Shown here in pieces: positions 28,328 through 37,723 of a DNA stretch of 64,000 bases. Made by a program: the position numbers and the translations under genes. The stretch is from the NCBI GenBank assembly GCA_963707955.1, contig OY970176.1:1728001-1792000 (forward strand), read 5' to 3'. Position 1 is the stretch's first letter. Each line of letters starts with the position of its first letter. This stretch comes from Candidatus Bathyarchaeota archaeon (GTDB taxonomy: Archaea > Thermoproteota > Bathyarchaeia > Bathyarchaeales > Bathycorpusculaceae). The notes beneath the pieces are model-generated. The model saw nothing but the letters and a program-made list of their open reading frames with translations. It had not been told where the DNA came from and made no database searches.

Positions 28328-30763
28328 CTAACTTACTTCCAAAGCTTTCTTAAAGACTTCTTTGGCCTTTTCAATTTCCTCTGGCTTAACTTTGTCTACG
28401 GTCAATTTCATCTCGCGGATTTTTGAAGCGAACTTCTCGCCCTCAGCGGCTGAACACCATAAAAGCTGCAGTCTTTCCTTGTTCAGTCCACTCTGCTCCA
28501 TCTTCTTCCAGAATCGTTCCACCCGCTTTTGCGTTTGGTAGTTGGCGTTTATGTAGTGGCAGTCTCCGATGTGGCAGCCGCTTACCAATACCGTTGCGGC
28601 TCCTCTTGCGAACGCTCTTTCAATAAACTTGGGTGCCACCCGGCCGGAACACATGGTTCTGATTATGCGCACGTTCGGCGGGTACTGCATTCTACTGACT
28701 CCCGCGAAGTCTGCGCCCGCGTAAGAGCACCAGTTGCAGTTGAACGCTACGATCTTCTTGTCTGCGTCATGCTCCGTGACGGCGTCTATCTGCCCGATTA
28801 TCTGGTCATCAGTGAAGTGGCTCTGCGTGAGAGCGCCGAAGGCGCATTCTGCTGCGCATGAGCCGCATCCGCCGCAGGCGGCCTCGATGATTTCGATGCA
28901 TTTCTTTTCCTTGTTGAGAGTTATTGCGTTGTATGGGCAGACTTTGACGCATAGTCCACACGCCTTGCATTTTTCTGGAAAGACTATGGGCGTGATGGCT
29001 TCAACAGTCACTTTTCCTTTCGCCATCAGTATGCCTGCACGCGCTGCCGCCGCGCTTGCTTGGGTCACACTGTCCTTTATGTCCTTGGGAGACTCGGCGC
29101 AGCCCGCGAAGAAGATGCCCCCTGTTGCAGCGTCCACCGGTCTCAGCTTGGGGTGTGCTTCCAAGAAGAAGCCATCCTGGTTTCTTGACAGTGTCAGCAT
29201 CCGCTGGATCATTTCGCTGTCCTTTCGGGCTTCTAAGCCTATTGACAGAATGGCCATGTCAGCTCTTATCTTGTAAACTTCGTTTTTCAGCGTGTCTTCT
29301 CCGATGAGCCAAAGGTTGTGGGTTTTTCTGTCCTCCTTTATCTCTGCTGGCAACCCGCGAATGAACACGACGCCCTCTCCTCTGGACCGTTTGTAAAGGT
29401 CTTCGAAACCTTTTCCGTAGGCTCTTATGTCAACGTAGAACACGTAGATCTCGGTGTCCGGCCAGTGCTCCTTGATGAGCAAGCTGTCCTTGATTGTGTT
29501 CATGCAGCAGACATTGCTGCAGTAAAGCTTTCCCGCCTTGTCCGAACGGGAGCCCACGCACTGGACGAACGCTACGCGTTTCGGAATCTGTTTGTCACTG
29601 GGTCTTATCAGGTGTCCTCCTGACGGGCCGCCTGCATTGATTAACCTCTCGAACTCGAGTGAGGTGATGACGTTTGGAAACTTGCCGTAACCATAGTTGG
29701 GCAACACTGAAGGGTCAAAAACGTCTGCGCCCGTCGCGACTATTATCGTGCCCACTTCGATCTCTTCGGTTTCAGGTTTCATCTCGAACTTTATCGCTTG
29801 CCTTTCGCATGCTTTTATGCACTTGTCGCAGACGATCACGCCTTCCTTGTTGAGGCAGAGGTTCATGTCAACAATGTACGTGGACGGAACTGCCTGAGCG
29901 AACGGTGTGAAAATCCCGTGTCTTATGGCTAATCCTACGTCAAACTCGTTTGGAGCAACTATGGGGCAGACTTTTACGCATTCTCCGCAGGCTGAGCAGT
30001 CCTTAGTGACGTAGCGTGGTTTCTTGAGCACTTTAACATGGAAGTTGCCTATGTACCCCTTCACATCCGTAACTTCGCTGTTGGTCAACAACTCAATGTT
30101 TGGGTGATGGCCCACATCGGACATTTTTGGCGCCAGTATGCAAATCGAGCAGTCCATCGTGGGGAAAGTCTTGTCTATACGCGCCATCATCCCGCCTATG
30201 CTGGGCTCTTTCTCAACCACGTACACTCCGTAACCAGTGTCCGCAAGGTCCAGAGCAGCTTGGATACCGGCAACTCCACCGCCTATGACCAGAGCCTTTC
30301 GGGTGATCGGCACTTCAGCCTCTTCTGCGGGCTGAAGAAGGGCAACCTTGGCCACGGCCATCTTAACCAAGTCTTTGGCCTTTTCCGTAGCTGCCTCGCG
30401 GTCATGGAGGTGAACCCAACTGCAGTGTTCACGGATGTTGGCCATTTCGAAGAGGTACTTGTTCAGCCCGGCTTCTTCACACGCTTTCCTGAAGGTTGGT
30501 TCGTGAAGCCTGGGAGAGCATGACGCAACCACAACTCGATTGAGCTTGTGCTCTTTGATGTCCTTCTTTATGCCCGCTTGGCCCTGATCTGAACACGTGT
30601 AACGGTTATCCAGCGCTAGGACAACGTGCGGCAACGTGCCCGCAAACTTTGCTACTTCCGCGCAGTCCAAGGAGCCAGCGATGTTCAAGCCACAGTGACA
30701 GACGTACACTCCTATGCGAGGTTCCTCTTCCTGTTTTGACTGTGGTTCCTTGTTTTCCGCCAT
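28328..30763 (-). CDS. hdrA: Heterodisulfide reductase subunit A fused to an MvhD-like [2Fe-2S] domain
   Basis: RIGVYVCHCG.NIAG, ASCSPRLHE, NIREHCSWVH, IGGGVAG, KTFPTMDCSIC, QCVGSR, YCSNVCC, EAHPKLRP; C-terminal CNWCSYAGAD..CSGRV..GCHIGDCHY. Confidence 0.95.
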   Translation of the reverse strand: MAENKEPQSKQEEEPRIGVYVCHCGLNIAGSLDCAEVAKFAGTLPHVVLALDNRYTCSDQGQAGIKKDIKEHKLNRVVVASCSPRLHEPTFRKACEEAGLNKYLFEMANIREHCSWVHLHDREAATEKAKDLVKMAVAKVALLQPAEEAEVPITRKALVIGGGVAGIQAALDLADTGYGVYVVEKEPSIGGMMARIDKTFPTMDCSICILAPKMSDVGHHPNIELLTNSEVTDVKGYIGNFHVKVLKKPRYVTKDCSACGECVKVCPIVAPNEFDVGLAIRHGIFTPFAQAVPSTYIVDMNLCLNKEGVIVCDKCIKACERQAIKFEMKPETEEIEVGTIIVATGADVFDPSVLPNYGYGKFPNVITSLEFERLINAGGPSGGHLIRPSDKQIPKRVAFVQCVGSRSDKAGKLYCSNVCCMNTIKDSLLIKEHWPDTEIYVFYVDIRAYGKGFEDLYKRSRGEGVVFIRGLPAEIKEDRKTHNLWLIGEDTLKNEVYKIRADMAILSIGLEARKDSEMIQRMLTLSRNQDGFFLEAHPKLRPVDAATGGIFFAGCAESPKDIKDSVTQASAAAARAGILMAKGKVTVEAITPIVFPEKCKACGLCVKVCPYNAITLNKEKKCIEIIEAACGGCGSCAAECAFGALTQSHFTDDQIIGQIDAVTEHDADKKIVAFNCNWCSYAGADFAGVSRMQYPPNVRIIRTMCSGRVAPKFIERAFARGAATVLVSGCHIGDCHYINANYQTQKRVERFWKKMEQSGLNKERLQLLWCSAAEGEKFASKIREMKLTVDKVKPEEIEKAKEVFKKALEVS

Positions 30764-30767
30764 CAGT

Positions 30768-32204
30768 TTATCCTTCCCTCAAAGACTTCATGTGATTCTC
30801 AATCGATTCCGCCGCGCGTTTCCCATCGCGGATCGCCTCTATCACGGAAACCGGTCCGCTAACAGCGTCTCCGCCTCCGAAAACTCCAGGCAGGCTGGTC
30901 TCCATCGTTATCGGGTCCACCCAGAGCGTTCCATCTTCGTTCAACCCAACATCTTTCGGCAAAAACTCCAGATCAGGAGATTCGCCTATCGCAAGAATAA
31001 CCATGTCCGTTTCCCGCTTGAACTCCGACCCTTCCACCAGAATCGCCTTTCTACGGCCAGTTTCATCTGGCTCACCCAGCTGCATGCGGACGCACTCAAT
31101 CGCGCAGACTTTGCCGTTTTCACCCAGAATCTTCTTGGGCGAAACGAGAAATTCGATTGTCACCTCTTCATGTTCAGCCTCTTCAACTTCGCGCGGGTTT
31201 GCAGGCATCTCATCCTCGGACCTGCGATAAAGAATAGCTACTTCGTTTGCCCCAAGGCAGCGCGCTGTTCTGGCCGCGTCGACGGCAACGTTTCCCCCGC
31301 CTACCACAACGACGTTCTTTCCAACGTCGACCTTCTTACCGAGGTTCGAGTCCCACAGAAAATCGAGAGCGTTAGTTACGCCTTTCAAGTCCGAGCCTTC
31401 AGCCTTCAGTTTTTGGCTCCTGTGGGCTCCTGCGCCTATGAAAACCGTCTTGTAGCCTTCTTTCTTCAAATCCGCAAAGCCCACGTCCTTGCCAATCTTC
31501 ATGCCCGTTTTGAATTCCACGCCCAGGTTCTTTATGAACTGAATCTCTTTGGCAACGACCTGTTTTGGCAAGCGACTCTGCGGTATGCCTTTCCTCAGCA
31601 TCCCGCCTGGCTCTGAAAGAGCTTCAAAAACTGTGACCGCGTATCCTTTTCGTCCCAACTCGTAGGCAACGGTGAGCCCAGCAGGGCCAGAGCCGATGAC
31701 CGCAACTTTCTCCTTCGAGGACTTCGTTGCTTTCTTTCTCTTCTTCATCTTGAACAATTCTTCCCGCATTTGCTCAATTTTCTCCAAGACAGTCTCCTTT
31801 TTCAGTCCAGCACGTTCTGGATGAAAACAAACTAACGTCGTCACAAGGGGAAGAGGAACATTCCTTACGATCTTCTGCAGCGCTTTGTCGAGTGCTTGCG
31901 TGTGTCCTTGGCTCACTGCAGCTGACCGCATGAACAAGAATATTTCGGGCAGGTTCAACCCTTGGGGGCAACGTTCGTGACATCGATAACACCATGCGCA
32001 GACCCATATTGCCTCCGAGGCCAAGACTTTTTCAGGGTTCGAGTAGATGTCTTCAAGAAGTCGTCTGGGGCTGTACTCGTTTCCCAGCATCTCAGCCATA
32101 GAACAGCTGGCTGTGCAGATGCCGCATTCAAAGCAGTTTTTCAGCTTCTTGGCATCCAGTATTTTTTCTATTACTTCTTTGGTGATTGAGGTTGAGCTTT
32201 CCAA
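30768..32204 (-). CDS. HdrC-like 2x[4Fe-4S] domain fused to a GltD/NfnL-like FAD/NAD(P)H oxidoreductase
   Basis: CFECGICTASC...SPRRL...IWVCAWCYRCHERCP (HdrC-like), then VAVIGSGPAGL, GGGNVAVDAAR, LYRRS, GVFGGGD; TTG start at 32204 inferred from an SD-like site. Confidence 0.85.
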   Translation of the reverse strand: MESSTSITKEVIEKILDAKKLKNCFECGICTASCSMAEMLGNEYSPRRLLEDIYSNPEKVLASEAIWVCAWCYRCHERCPQGLNLPEIFLFMRSAAVSQGHTQALDKALQKIVRNVPLPLVTTLVCFHPERAGLKKETVLEKIEQMREELFKMKKRKKATKSSKEKVAVIGSGPAGLTVAYELGRKGYAVTVFEALSEPGGMLRKGIPQSRLPKQVVAKEIQFIKNLGVEFKTGMKIGKDVGFADLKKEGYKTVFIGAGAHRSQKLKAEGSDLKGVTNALDFLWDSNLGKKVDVGKNVVVVGGGNVAVDAARTARCLGANEVAILYRRSEDEMPANPREVEEAEHEEVTIEFLVSPKKILGENGKVCAIECVRMQLGEPDETGRRKAILVEGSEFKRETDMVILAIGESPDLEFLPKDVGLNEDGTLWVDPITMETSLPGVFGGGDAVSGPVSVIEAIRDGKRAAESIENHMKSLREG

Positions 32205-32356
32205 GGCCGTGGGCCCTCTCAGGTACTGGAGGTTCGCAGAGATATAAAAGTTTACAAACGTAAAGGTTTTAAATAAACATACAAGCCGCGAGTTGTTTCG
32301 AGTGCACATTTATATGATGAGACATAGTAGAGCATGACCCAAAGGAGAACGTTTCG

Positions 32357-33391
32357 ATGGAAAAAGTGAAGGTCCTAGCCTACGGCGTTGGCGTAGTCGG
32401 CGGTTACATCGCGAAATACTTGCTTGAAAAAGAAGGAGTACAAATCGTCGGTGCAGTCGACGTCGCCAAAGACAAGGTCGGCAAGGACCTGGGCGAAGTT
32501 CTGGGGCTGAAAAAGAAAGTTGGAGTAACAGTCTCTGGCAACATCGATTCAGCCCTTTTGAAGGTCAAAGCAGACATTGCAGTCCACACTACATCTTCCT
32601 ACCTGAAGGACACCTTCGCACAGATAGCCTCAATCATAGAACACGGAGTCAACGTCATATCAACCTGCGAAGAACTGTCCTATCCATACGTTTCTGAACC
32701 AAAGCTTGCGAAAAAGCTTGACGCCCTGGCCAAGAAGCACGACGTAACGGTCTTGGGAACTGGCATAAACCCGGGCTTTCTCATGGATGCTCTCGTGATA
32801 ACTCTCACCGCACCCTGTCAGAAGATAGAGATGATCGAGGCAGTCCGAGTCATGAACGCAGCTACGAGGCGTTTACCATTCCAGAAGAAGATAGGTGCCG
32901 GTCTGTCAGTTCAAGAGTTCACGCGGAAGATCGAGAAGAAACAGATCACAGGCCATGTTGGTCTTGAGCAATCCATCGCCATGATCGCTGACGCTTTAGC
33001 ATGGAAACTCGACAAAGTGGTCGTCCAGCCCGCAGAGGCCGTGATCGCAAAGAAACCTGTCGAGAGCAAAGACATAAGAGTCAGCGCAGGAAAAGTGGCG
33101 GGTCTGAGACAAAAAGCAAAAGGCATTGCCAAAGACAAAGAAGTCATAGTCTTAGACTTCAGGGCTTACATAGGAGCTGAAGAAGAGTACGACGCAGTAA
33201 CAATCAAGGGCATGCCAGAAATTAGACAACGAATAAGTCCATGCGTACATGGCGACTTGGGAACAGTTGCGATGATCGTTAATTCGATTCCGAAAGTGAT
33301 CAACGCGCCTGCCGGCTTGTTTACGATGAAGGACCTGCCCGTTCCGTCGGTTGCACTCGAAGACATGCGAAAATACGTGAAAACAGTTTGA
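32357..33391 (+). CDS. NAD(P)-dependent amine dehydrogenase, DapB-like / 2,4-diaminopentanoate dehydrogenase (Ord) family
   Basis: YGVGVVG Rossmann motif, NVISTCEELSYP, LGTGINPGFLMD, GHVGLEQS, HGDLGTVA. Confidence 0.8.
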   Translation: MEKVKVLAYGVGVVGGYIAKYLLEKEGVQIVGAVDVAKDKVGKDLGEVLGLKKKVGVTVSGNIDSALLKVKADIAVHTTSSYLKDTFAQIASIIEHGVNVISTCEELSYPYVSEPKLAKKLDALAKKHDVTVLGTGINPGFLMDALVITLTAPCQKIEMIEAVRVMNAATRRLPFQKKIGAGLSVQEFTRKIEKKQITGHVGLEQSIAMIADALAWKLDKVVVQPAEAVIAKKPVESKDIRVSAGKVAGLRQKAKGIAKDKEVIVLDFRAYIGAEEEYDAVTIKGMPEIRQRISPCVHGDLGTVAMIVNSIPKVINAPAGLFTMKDLPVPSVALEDMRKYVKTV

Positions 33392-33441
33392 CTCGGCAGA
33401 GCTACAGTATTTATCAAGCTCGCTGGTAACAGTTCTCCATC

Positions 33442-33915
33442 GTGGTGGCAAGCGTGACAAAGACAGCTGGAGTTCATGAAAAGGGAACGTTCTCTCTAGT
33501 AGACATAATAAACAGAACCAAGGGTAAACGGGGTTTTCGAAAGGCCGGAGCGATTGCAGTGTTTGTCGGTGTCGTGCGAGGAGAAACATTGGAGGGTGAA
33601 AAAGTCCAGAGGCTGGAGCTGCAGGCATACCAAGAAAAGGCAGACCAGGTGCTCACGAAAATCTGCGACGACCTGAAAAGAAAGCCCGGCATAGTTGACG
33701 TTCAAATCCACCATCTACTCGGTGAATTCCACGTTGGTGAGGACATTGTCTATGTTCTGGTTGCAGGTTCTCATCGTGAAGAGGTTTTCCCTGTTCTGGA
33801 AGAGGCGGTCGAAAGGTACAAGAAAGACGCACCTATCTTCAAGAAAGAATCAGTAACATCTGTGAAGGGCGAGAAAAGGGCTTACTGGTTAGAAGAACGA
33901 CAGAGCCATCGGTAA
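33442..33915 (+). CDS. moaE: Molybdopterin synthase catalytic subunit MoaE
   Basis: GAIAVFVGVVR, LELQAY, HLLGEFHVGE, SHREE, KKDAPIFKKE. Confidence 0.9.
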   Translation: MVASVTKTAGVHEKGTFSLVDIINRTKGKRGFRKAGAIAVFVGVVRGETLEGEKVQRLELQAYQEKADQVLTKICDDLKRKPGIVDVQIHHLLGEFHVGEDIVYVLVAGSHREEVFPVLEEAVERYKKDAPIFKKESVTSVKGEKRAYWLEERQSHR

Positions 33916-34032
33916 AACTGTCATGTAGCATTAGCTTCGCGGTTTTTCTATATAGAATAGATAGCTTTTGATAGAATATTTGGAAATTCTAAATATGCGA
34001 GGACTCCGATGTTTTTATGCGGAGGTACTGCG

Positions 34033-34104
34033 ATGCAAAGAAGCAGCAGAAAAAGGAAACAGGATGAAAAACTGAGTGAACCTTGGTACTTTACGCATTT
34101 TTGA
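34033..34104 (+). CDS. Putative small protein, 23 aa (MQRSSRKRKQDEKLSEPWYFTHF)
   Basis: GGAGGT at 34021-34026, 6 nt before the ATG; AT-rich promoter-like region upstream. Confidence 0.5.
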   Translation: MQRSSRKRKQDEKLSEPWYFTHF

Positions 34105-34118
34105 GGTTGACGTCTTCA

Positions 34119-34241
34119 ATGCTAAATCAAGTCAAGGAAGATGGTGCACGTTCAAATAAGAAAAAAGACAAAGAACAGGCGACGAGACCAAACGCAGAGA
34201 TCATTGATTGGTTTTTGGCCATAGACTTGATACACGTATAA
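34119..34241 (+). CDS. Putative small protein, 40 aa (MLNQVKEDGARSNKKKDKEQATRPNAEIIDWFLAIDLIHV)
   Basis: SD-like GAGGTTGA overlaps the previous stop, 8 nt before the ATG. Confidence 0.45.
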   Translation: MLNQVKEDGARSNKKKDKEQATRPNAEIIDWFLAIDLIHV

Positions 34242-34291
34242 TGATGTGCGCATCAAGCTTCCAACGCAATTAGATTAGGATAGACACAGTC

Positions 34292-35368
34292 TCATTTTCT
34301 TTCAAACTGTCGACTTATAACAGATTCTACAGTCAGATTGAGGACGATTTCGCCGATGTCAGACGCGTATTCCGCGGTTCTTCTAACGCTTTCTATGATC
34401 AATCGGATGTTTGCAGCTTCTTCGACACCGATTTCTTGAGCCGCCAACACAGCCTCTTTTTCCATGGCAAGGATGTCCTTCGTCTTTTCGATAGCGCTCT
34501 CCGCAAGTTCAAAATCTCGTTTGAACAGAGATTCTATCGCGTTTTCAAAGATTGAAATGGCCAGTGAGCTCATGTCAAGAATCTTCTTGAGAATTCTTTC
34601 GTCGAGATGCTTCTTCAAAGGCAGAACATTTTCGGCAATGCTGACAGCGTGATCAGCCGTTCTTTCGACTGACTTGGTTACGAGCCGGTATCCGAGGCAT
34701 TCTCTTGCGTTGGCCAATCCTGTTTCTTTTATGATCGTTGGATTCTGTATAGCCATCTTGAGTTGACGAATGACGTACAGGTTGAACCGGTCAACTTCGT
34801 TATCAGTTGCCATAACATCTTTTGCAAGTTGATGGTCCGCCTTCTGCAGAGCCACTATTGCGTCCTTGTGCATCGAAGCCGTGATTATGGCCATTCTTCG
34901 CAAGGCACTTTGCACGGACAGTTCAGGATAGCTCAGCAGGACTTGTAATATCAACTCTGTCGGCGTATCCGTAACTATCTCGGTTCCCACGAGCAGATCG
35001 CGCGCAAAGCTCTTCAATGAACTCCGTTGCTTTGAAGAAAGTTGCTGTCCGTCCTGGGCTTTGATGTGCACTGTGTTGTAACCGACTAAGTAAGCAGAAA
35101 CTGTTTTCCGTATTATAGGGTCAGGCAGGTCCTTTGGAGAAACCATGACGTAGGCCTCTTGCAGTGGTTCTTGTTTTATCAAGTCTGACGGCATTATTGA
35201 CAATGATCCATCGTCTTCTGAACGTACGAGAATCGTACTGCTCTTCTTCAGTTGATTCTGAATTATCCATCTCTTGGGCAGAGAGATCACGTACGTTGAG
35301 CCGCCTGTCAGCTGAAGCCTTCTCGTTTCTCCTTCCTGTTTTCTGGAAGTGGGTGACACTCTACTCAT
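34292..35368 (-). CDS. AbrB-domain / double-PhoU phosphate uptake regulator
   Basis: RRLQLTGGSTYVISLPKRW (AbrB), DNEVDRF, KSVERTADHA, ESVRRTAEY; divergent from pstS. Confidence 0.92.
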   Translation of the reverse strand: MSRVSPTSRKQEGETRRLQLTGGSTYVISLPKRWIIQNQLKKSSTILVRSEDDGSLSIMPSDLIKQEPLQEAYVMVSPKDLPDPIIRKTVSAYLVGYNTVHIKAQDGQQLSSKQRSSLKSFARDLLVGTEIVTDTPTELILQVLLSYPELSVQSALRRMAIITASMHKDAIVALQKADHQLAKDVMATDNEVDRFNLYVIRQLKMAIQNPTIIKETGLANARECLGYRLVTKSVERTADHAVSIAENVLPLKKHLDERILKKILDMSSLAISIFENAIESLFKRDFELAESAIEKTKDILAMEKEAVLAAQEIGVEEAANIRLIIESVRRTAEYASDIGEIVLNLTVESVISRQFERK

Positions 35369-35384
35369 ATTTATAGTCAACTAC

Positions 35385-35446
35385 AATCTATTTATTAAAT
35401 GCTTCTCTATATAGTTTATAAAGAATATATAAGCAACATATATAAT
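35385..35446. promoter_or_regulatory. AT-rich divergent control region between the regulator and pstS, with repeated TATA(T/A)A boxes
   Basis: TATATA at 35408, 35426 and 35439; TATAAA at 35417; palindrome CTATATAG at 35407-35414. Confidence 0.55.
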
Positions 35447-35546
35447 TCTGCTCAACCTCTTAAGAGTTGAAAATTAAAATGAAAAACGAAGAGATGTTAA
35501 AAATGAACTCGATAAACGCAACTACGCGGAAACTGAGGTATAAAAA

Positions 35547-36716
35547 ATGAAAAATACATACGTAATCGCCTTAGCAGCAGTAGTACTCGTCATAGTCATA
35601 GGAGGCGTGTTTGCCTACACGTATCTGGGGCGATCAGCAGCATCAACGCCTACGCCAAAACTAGCGGCTGCAACCCTTAACGGAGCAGGAAGTACACTTG
35701 TCTACCCGCTAATGTCTGTTTGGGAATCAGTCTATGCAGGAGTCGAACCCCAAATAAAAGTTAACTACAATCCTGTTGGAAGCGGTACCGGAATTACTGA
35801 CTTTCAAGATCAAATTGTCGATTTTGGCGGATCGGATGCACCAATGACTGCGGCACAGTATGCGGCACTTCCTTCAGGCACAACGGCTCTAACCATACCA
35901 ATATCCGCCAGCGCAGTGGTACCAGCATATAACTTAAAGCTTGCCAACGGTTCAATCTGTGGGAACGGTCTCAATTTCACCGGCACAGTTCTAGCAAATA
36001 TTTTCTTGGGAACCATAACTACATGGAACGACACACAAATTCAAAGTCTAAACCCAACAATACCTTTGCCTGATACACCAATAACCACGGTTCATCGATC
36101 TGACGGAAGCGGAACCATGTTCGCCTTCACTGATTTCTTATCCGAAGCAAGCCCAACATGGAACAAAACGGCTGGAAAGAGTACGTCTGCAACCATTTGG
36201 CCAACCATTCCACTTGAAATCGCAGCTCCTAAAAATGCTGGTGTAGCAGCTGCCATTGCTGGTAACAATGGCGCGATCGGTCCGCTTGAAATTGCCTATA
36301 TACTTGAAAACACAGGTCAAACCTCACTTTACTATGGCACCGTTCAAAATGCTGCAGGCAACTTCATCCTAGCTAACGTGACAAACATAGCAGCCGCGCT
36401 TCAAGCCGGAGCCTCTTTTGGTCTTCCAGCGGGAAATGCTGCATGGACAAGTGTCTCTATGGTCGACAACGTATACGGCGATGCAGCAGCCACTAATATC
36501 TACCCAATTGTGACCTTAACTTACGCTCTGGTATATGAACAACAGTCTAGTTATACTCAAGGTGCAGCTCTCGTCAACTTCACTTCATGGATTGTGAACT
36601 CAGGCCAAACAGATGGACAAGGGTTAGGCTACGTCGCATTGCCAGCTAACATAGTCGCTGTTGACAACGCAACGATCAAGTTGATAACCTACGACGGAAC
36701 GCCAATACAAAGCTAG
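35547..36716 (+). CDS. pstS: Phosphate ABC transporter substrate-binding protein
   Basis: N-terminal TM segment, GAGSTLVYP, GSGTG, DFGGSDAPM, VHRSDGSGT, YPIV. Confidence 0.95.
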   Translation: MKNTYVIALAAVVLVIVIGGVFAYTYLGRSAASTPTPKLAAATLNGAGSTLVYPLMSVWESVYAGVEPQIKVNYNPVGSGTGITDFQDQIVDFGGSDAPMTAAQYAALPSGTTALTIPISASAVVPAYNLKLANGSICGNGLNFTGTVLANIFLGTITTWNDTQIQSLNPTIPLPDTPITTVHRSDGSGTMFAFTDFLSEASPTWNKTAGKSTSATIWPTIPLEIAAPKNAGVAAAIAGNNGAIGPLEIAYILENTGQTSLYYGTVQNAAGNFILANVTNIAAALQAGASFGLPAGNAAWTSVSMVDNVYGDAAATNIYPIVTLTYALVYEQQSSYTQGAALVNFTSWIVNSGQTDGQGLGYVALPANIVAVDNATIKLITYDGTPIQS

Positions 36717-36779
36717 AATTTAATAGGCTATTCCTCCCCAATTTTTTATACTAACCAAGAAATACTGAGGACCGCAAAA

Positions 36780-37709
36780 TTGCAATTCAAACTGTCAAGA
36801 GGAGATACAATATTGAAAATCGTTCTTGCAGCTGCAGCTTTATGCATTATAGGTCTTCTTGTTGCACTTGCGGTTGAACTTTATCTGGGCGCAGCCCCCT
36901 CAATATACAAATTCGGACCAGCCTTTTTGATTGGATCAAAGTGGGATTCAGGTAAGGATGTATTTGGTGCTTTGCCGTTTATTTACGGAACACTGTTAAC
37001 ATCAGCGATTGCTATTGTCATAGGACTCCCAATTAGCCTGGGAGTAGCTATCTTTATCTCAGAGAAGCTAAAAAGCCATCAAACCTTTGGTTATTTATTA
37101 GGAACAATAGTTGATCTCCTAGCGGTTGTGCCCAGTGTTATTTACGGTCTATGGGGGATATTAATCCTAGCCCCGTTATTGCGTGATTATGTGGAAAAGC
37201 CCTTACATAATTCTCTTGGTTTCATCCCATTATTCTCGGGGACTCCTTCTACATTTAATTTTTTTACGGCTGGAATCATATTAGCTATAATGATTATTCC
37301 AACAATGTCCGCAGTTTCTAGAGATGTCTTAAATGCGGTTCCAAATAGTCAGCGCGAAGCAATGTACTCGCTTGGCGCTACAGAATGGGAAGTCACACAG
37401 AAAAGCGTCTTGCCCTATGCCAGGTCAGGTATATTTGGTGCGTTTGTTTTGGGGCTGGGACGTGCTGTCGGTGAAACAATGGCTGTTACCATGGTGATCG
37501 GCAACATTCCCACAATTACTCCGAATTTGTTTTCGACTGGCCAAACTTTATCTTCGCTAATAGCAAATGAATTCGGCGAGTCTTCAGGACTTTATGAATC
37601 CGCCATAATTGAAATAGGACTAATCCTGTTTCTTGTAGCTTTATTAATTAATGTTTTTGCCCGACTTTTGCTTTGGAGGATGACTCATGGAACACAAGTT
37701 AAGGTTTGA
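36780..37709 (+). CDS. pstC: Phosphate ABC transporter permease
   Basis: FGALPFIYGT, VPSVIYGLWG, REAMYSLGATEWE, LGRAVGETMAV. Confidence 0.95.
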   Translation: MQFKLSRGDTILKIVLAAAALCIIGLLVALAVELYLGAAPSIYKFGPAFLIGSKWDSGKDVFGALPFIYGTLLTSAIAIVIGLPISLGVAIFISEKLKSHQTFGYLLGTIVDLLAVVPSVIYGLWGILILAPLLRDYVEKPLHNSLGFIPLFSGTPSTFNFFTAGIILAIMIIPTMSAVSRDVLNAVPNSQREAMYSLGATEWEVTQKSVLPYARSGIFGAFVLGLGRAVGETMAVTMVIGNIPTITPNLFSTGQTLSSLIANEFGESSGLYESAIIEIGLILFLVALLINVFARLLLWRMTHGTQVKV

Positions 37710-37723
37710 GAGGGGTTGCGGTA

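Noticed and set aside
28328-30763. Selenocysteine in HdrA/MvhD
   Set aside because: The ORF is continuous with Cys at all motifs and has no in-frame TGA.
30714-31616. Long antisense ORFs (e.g. 30714-31616, 59163-59990, 6459-7052, 28734-29276)
   Set aside because: Shadow frames of well-supported genes on the opposite strand, with no motifs.
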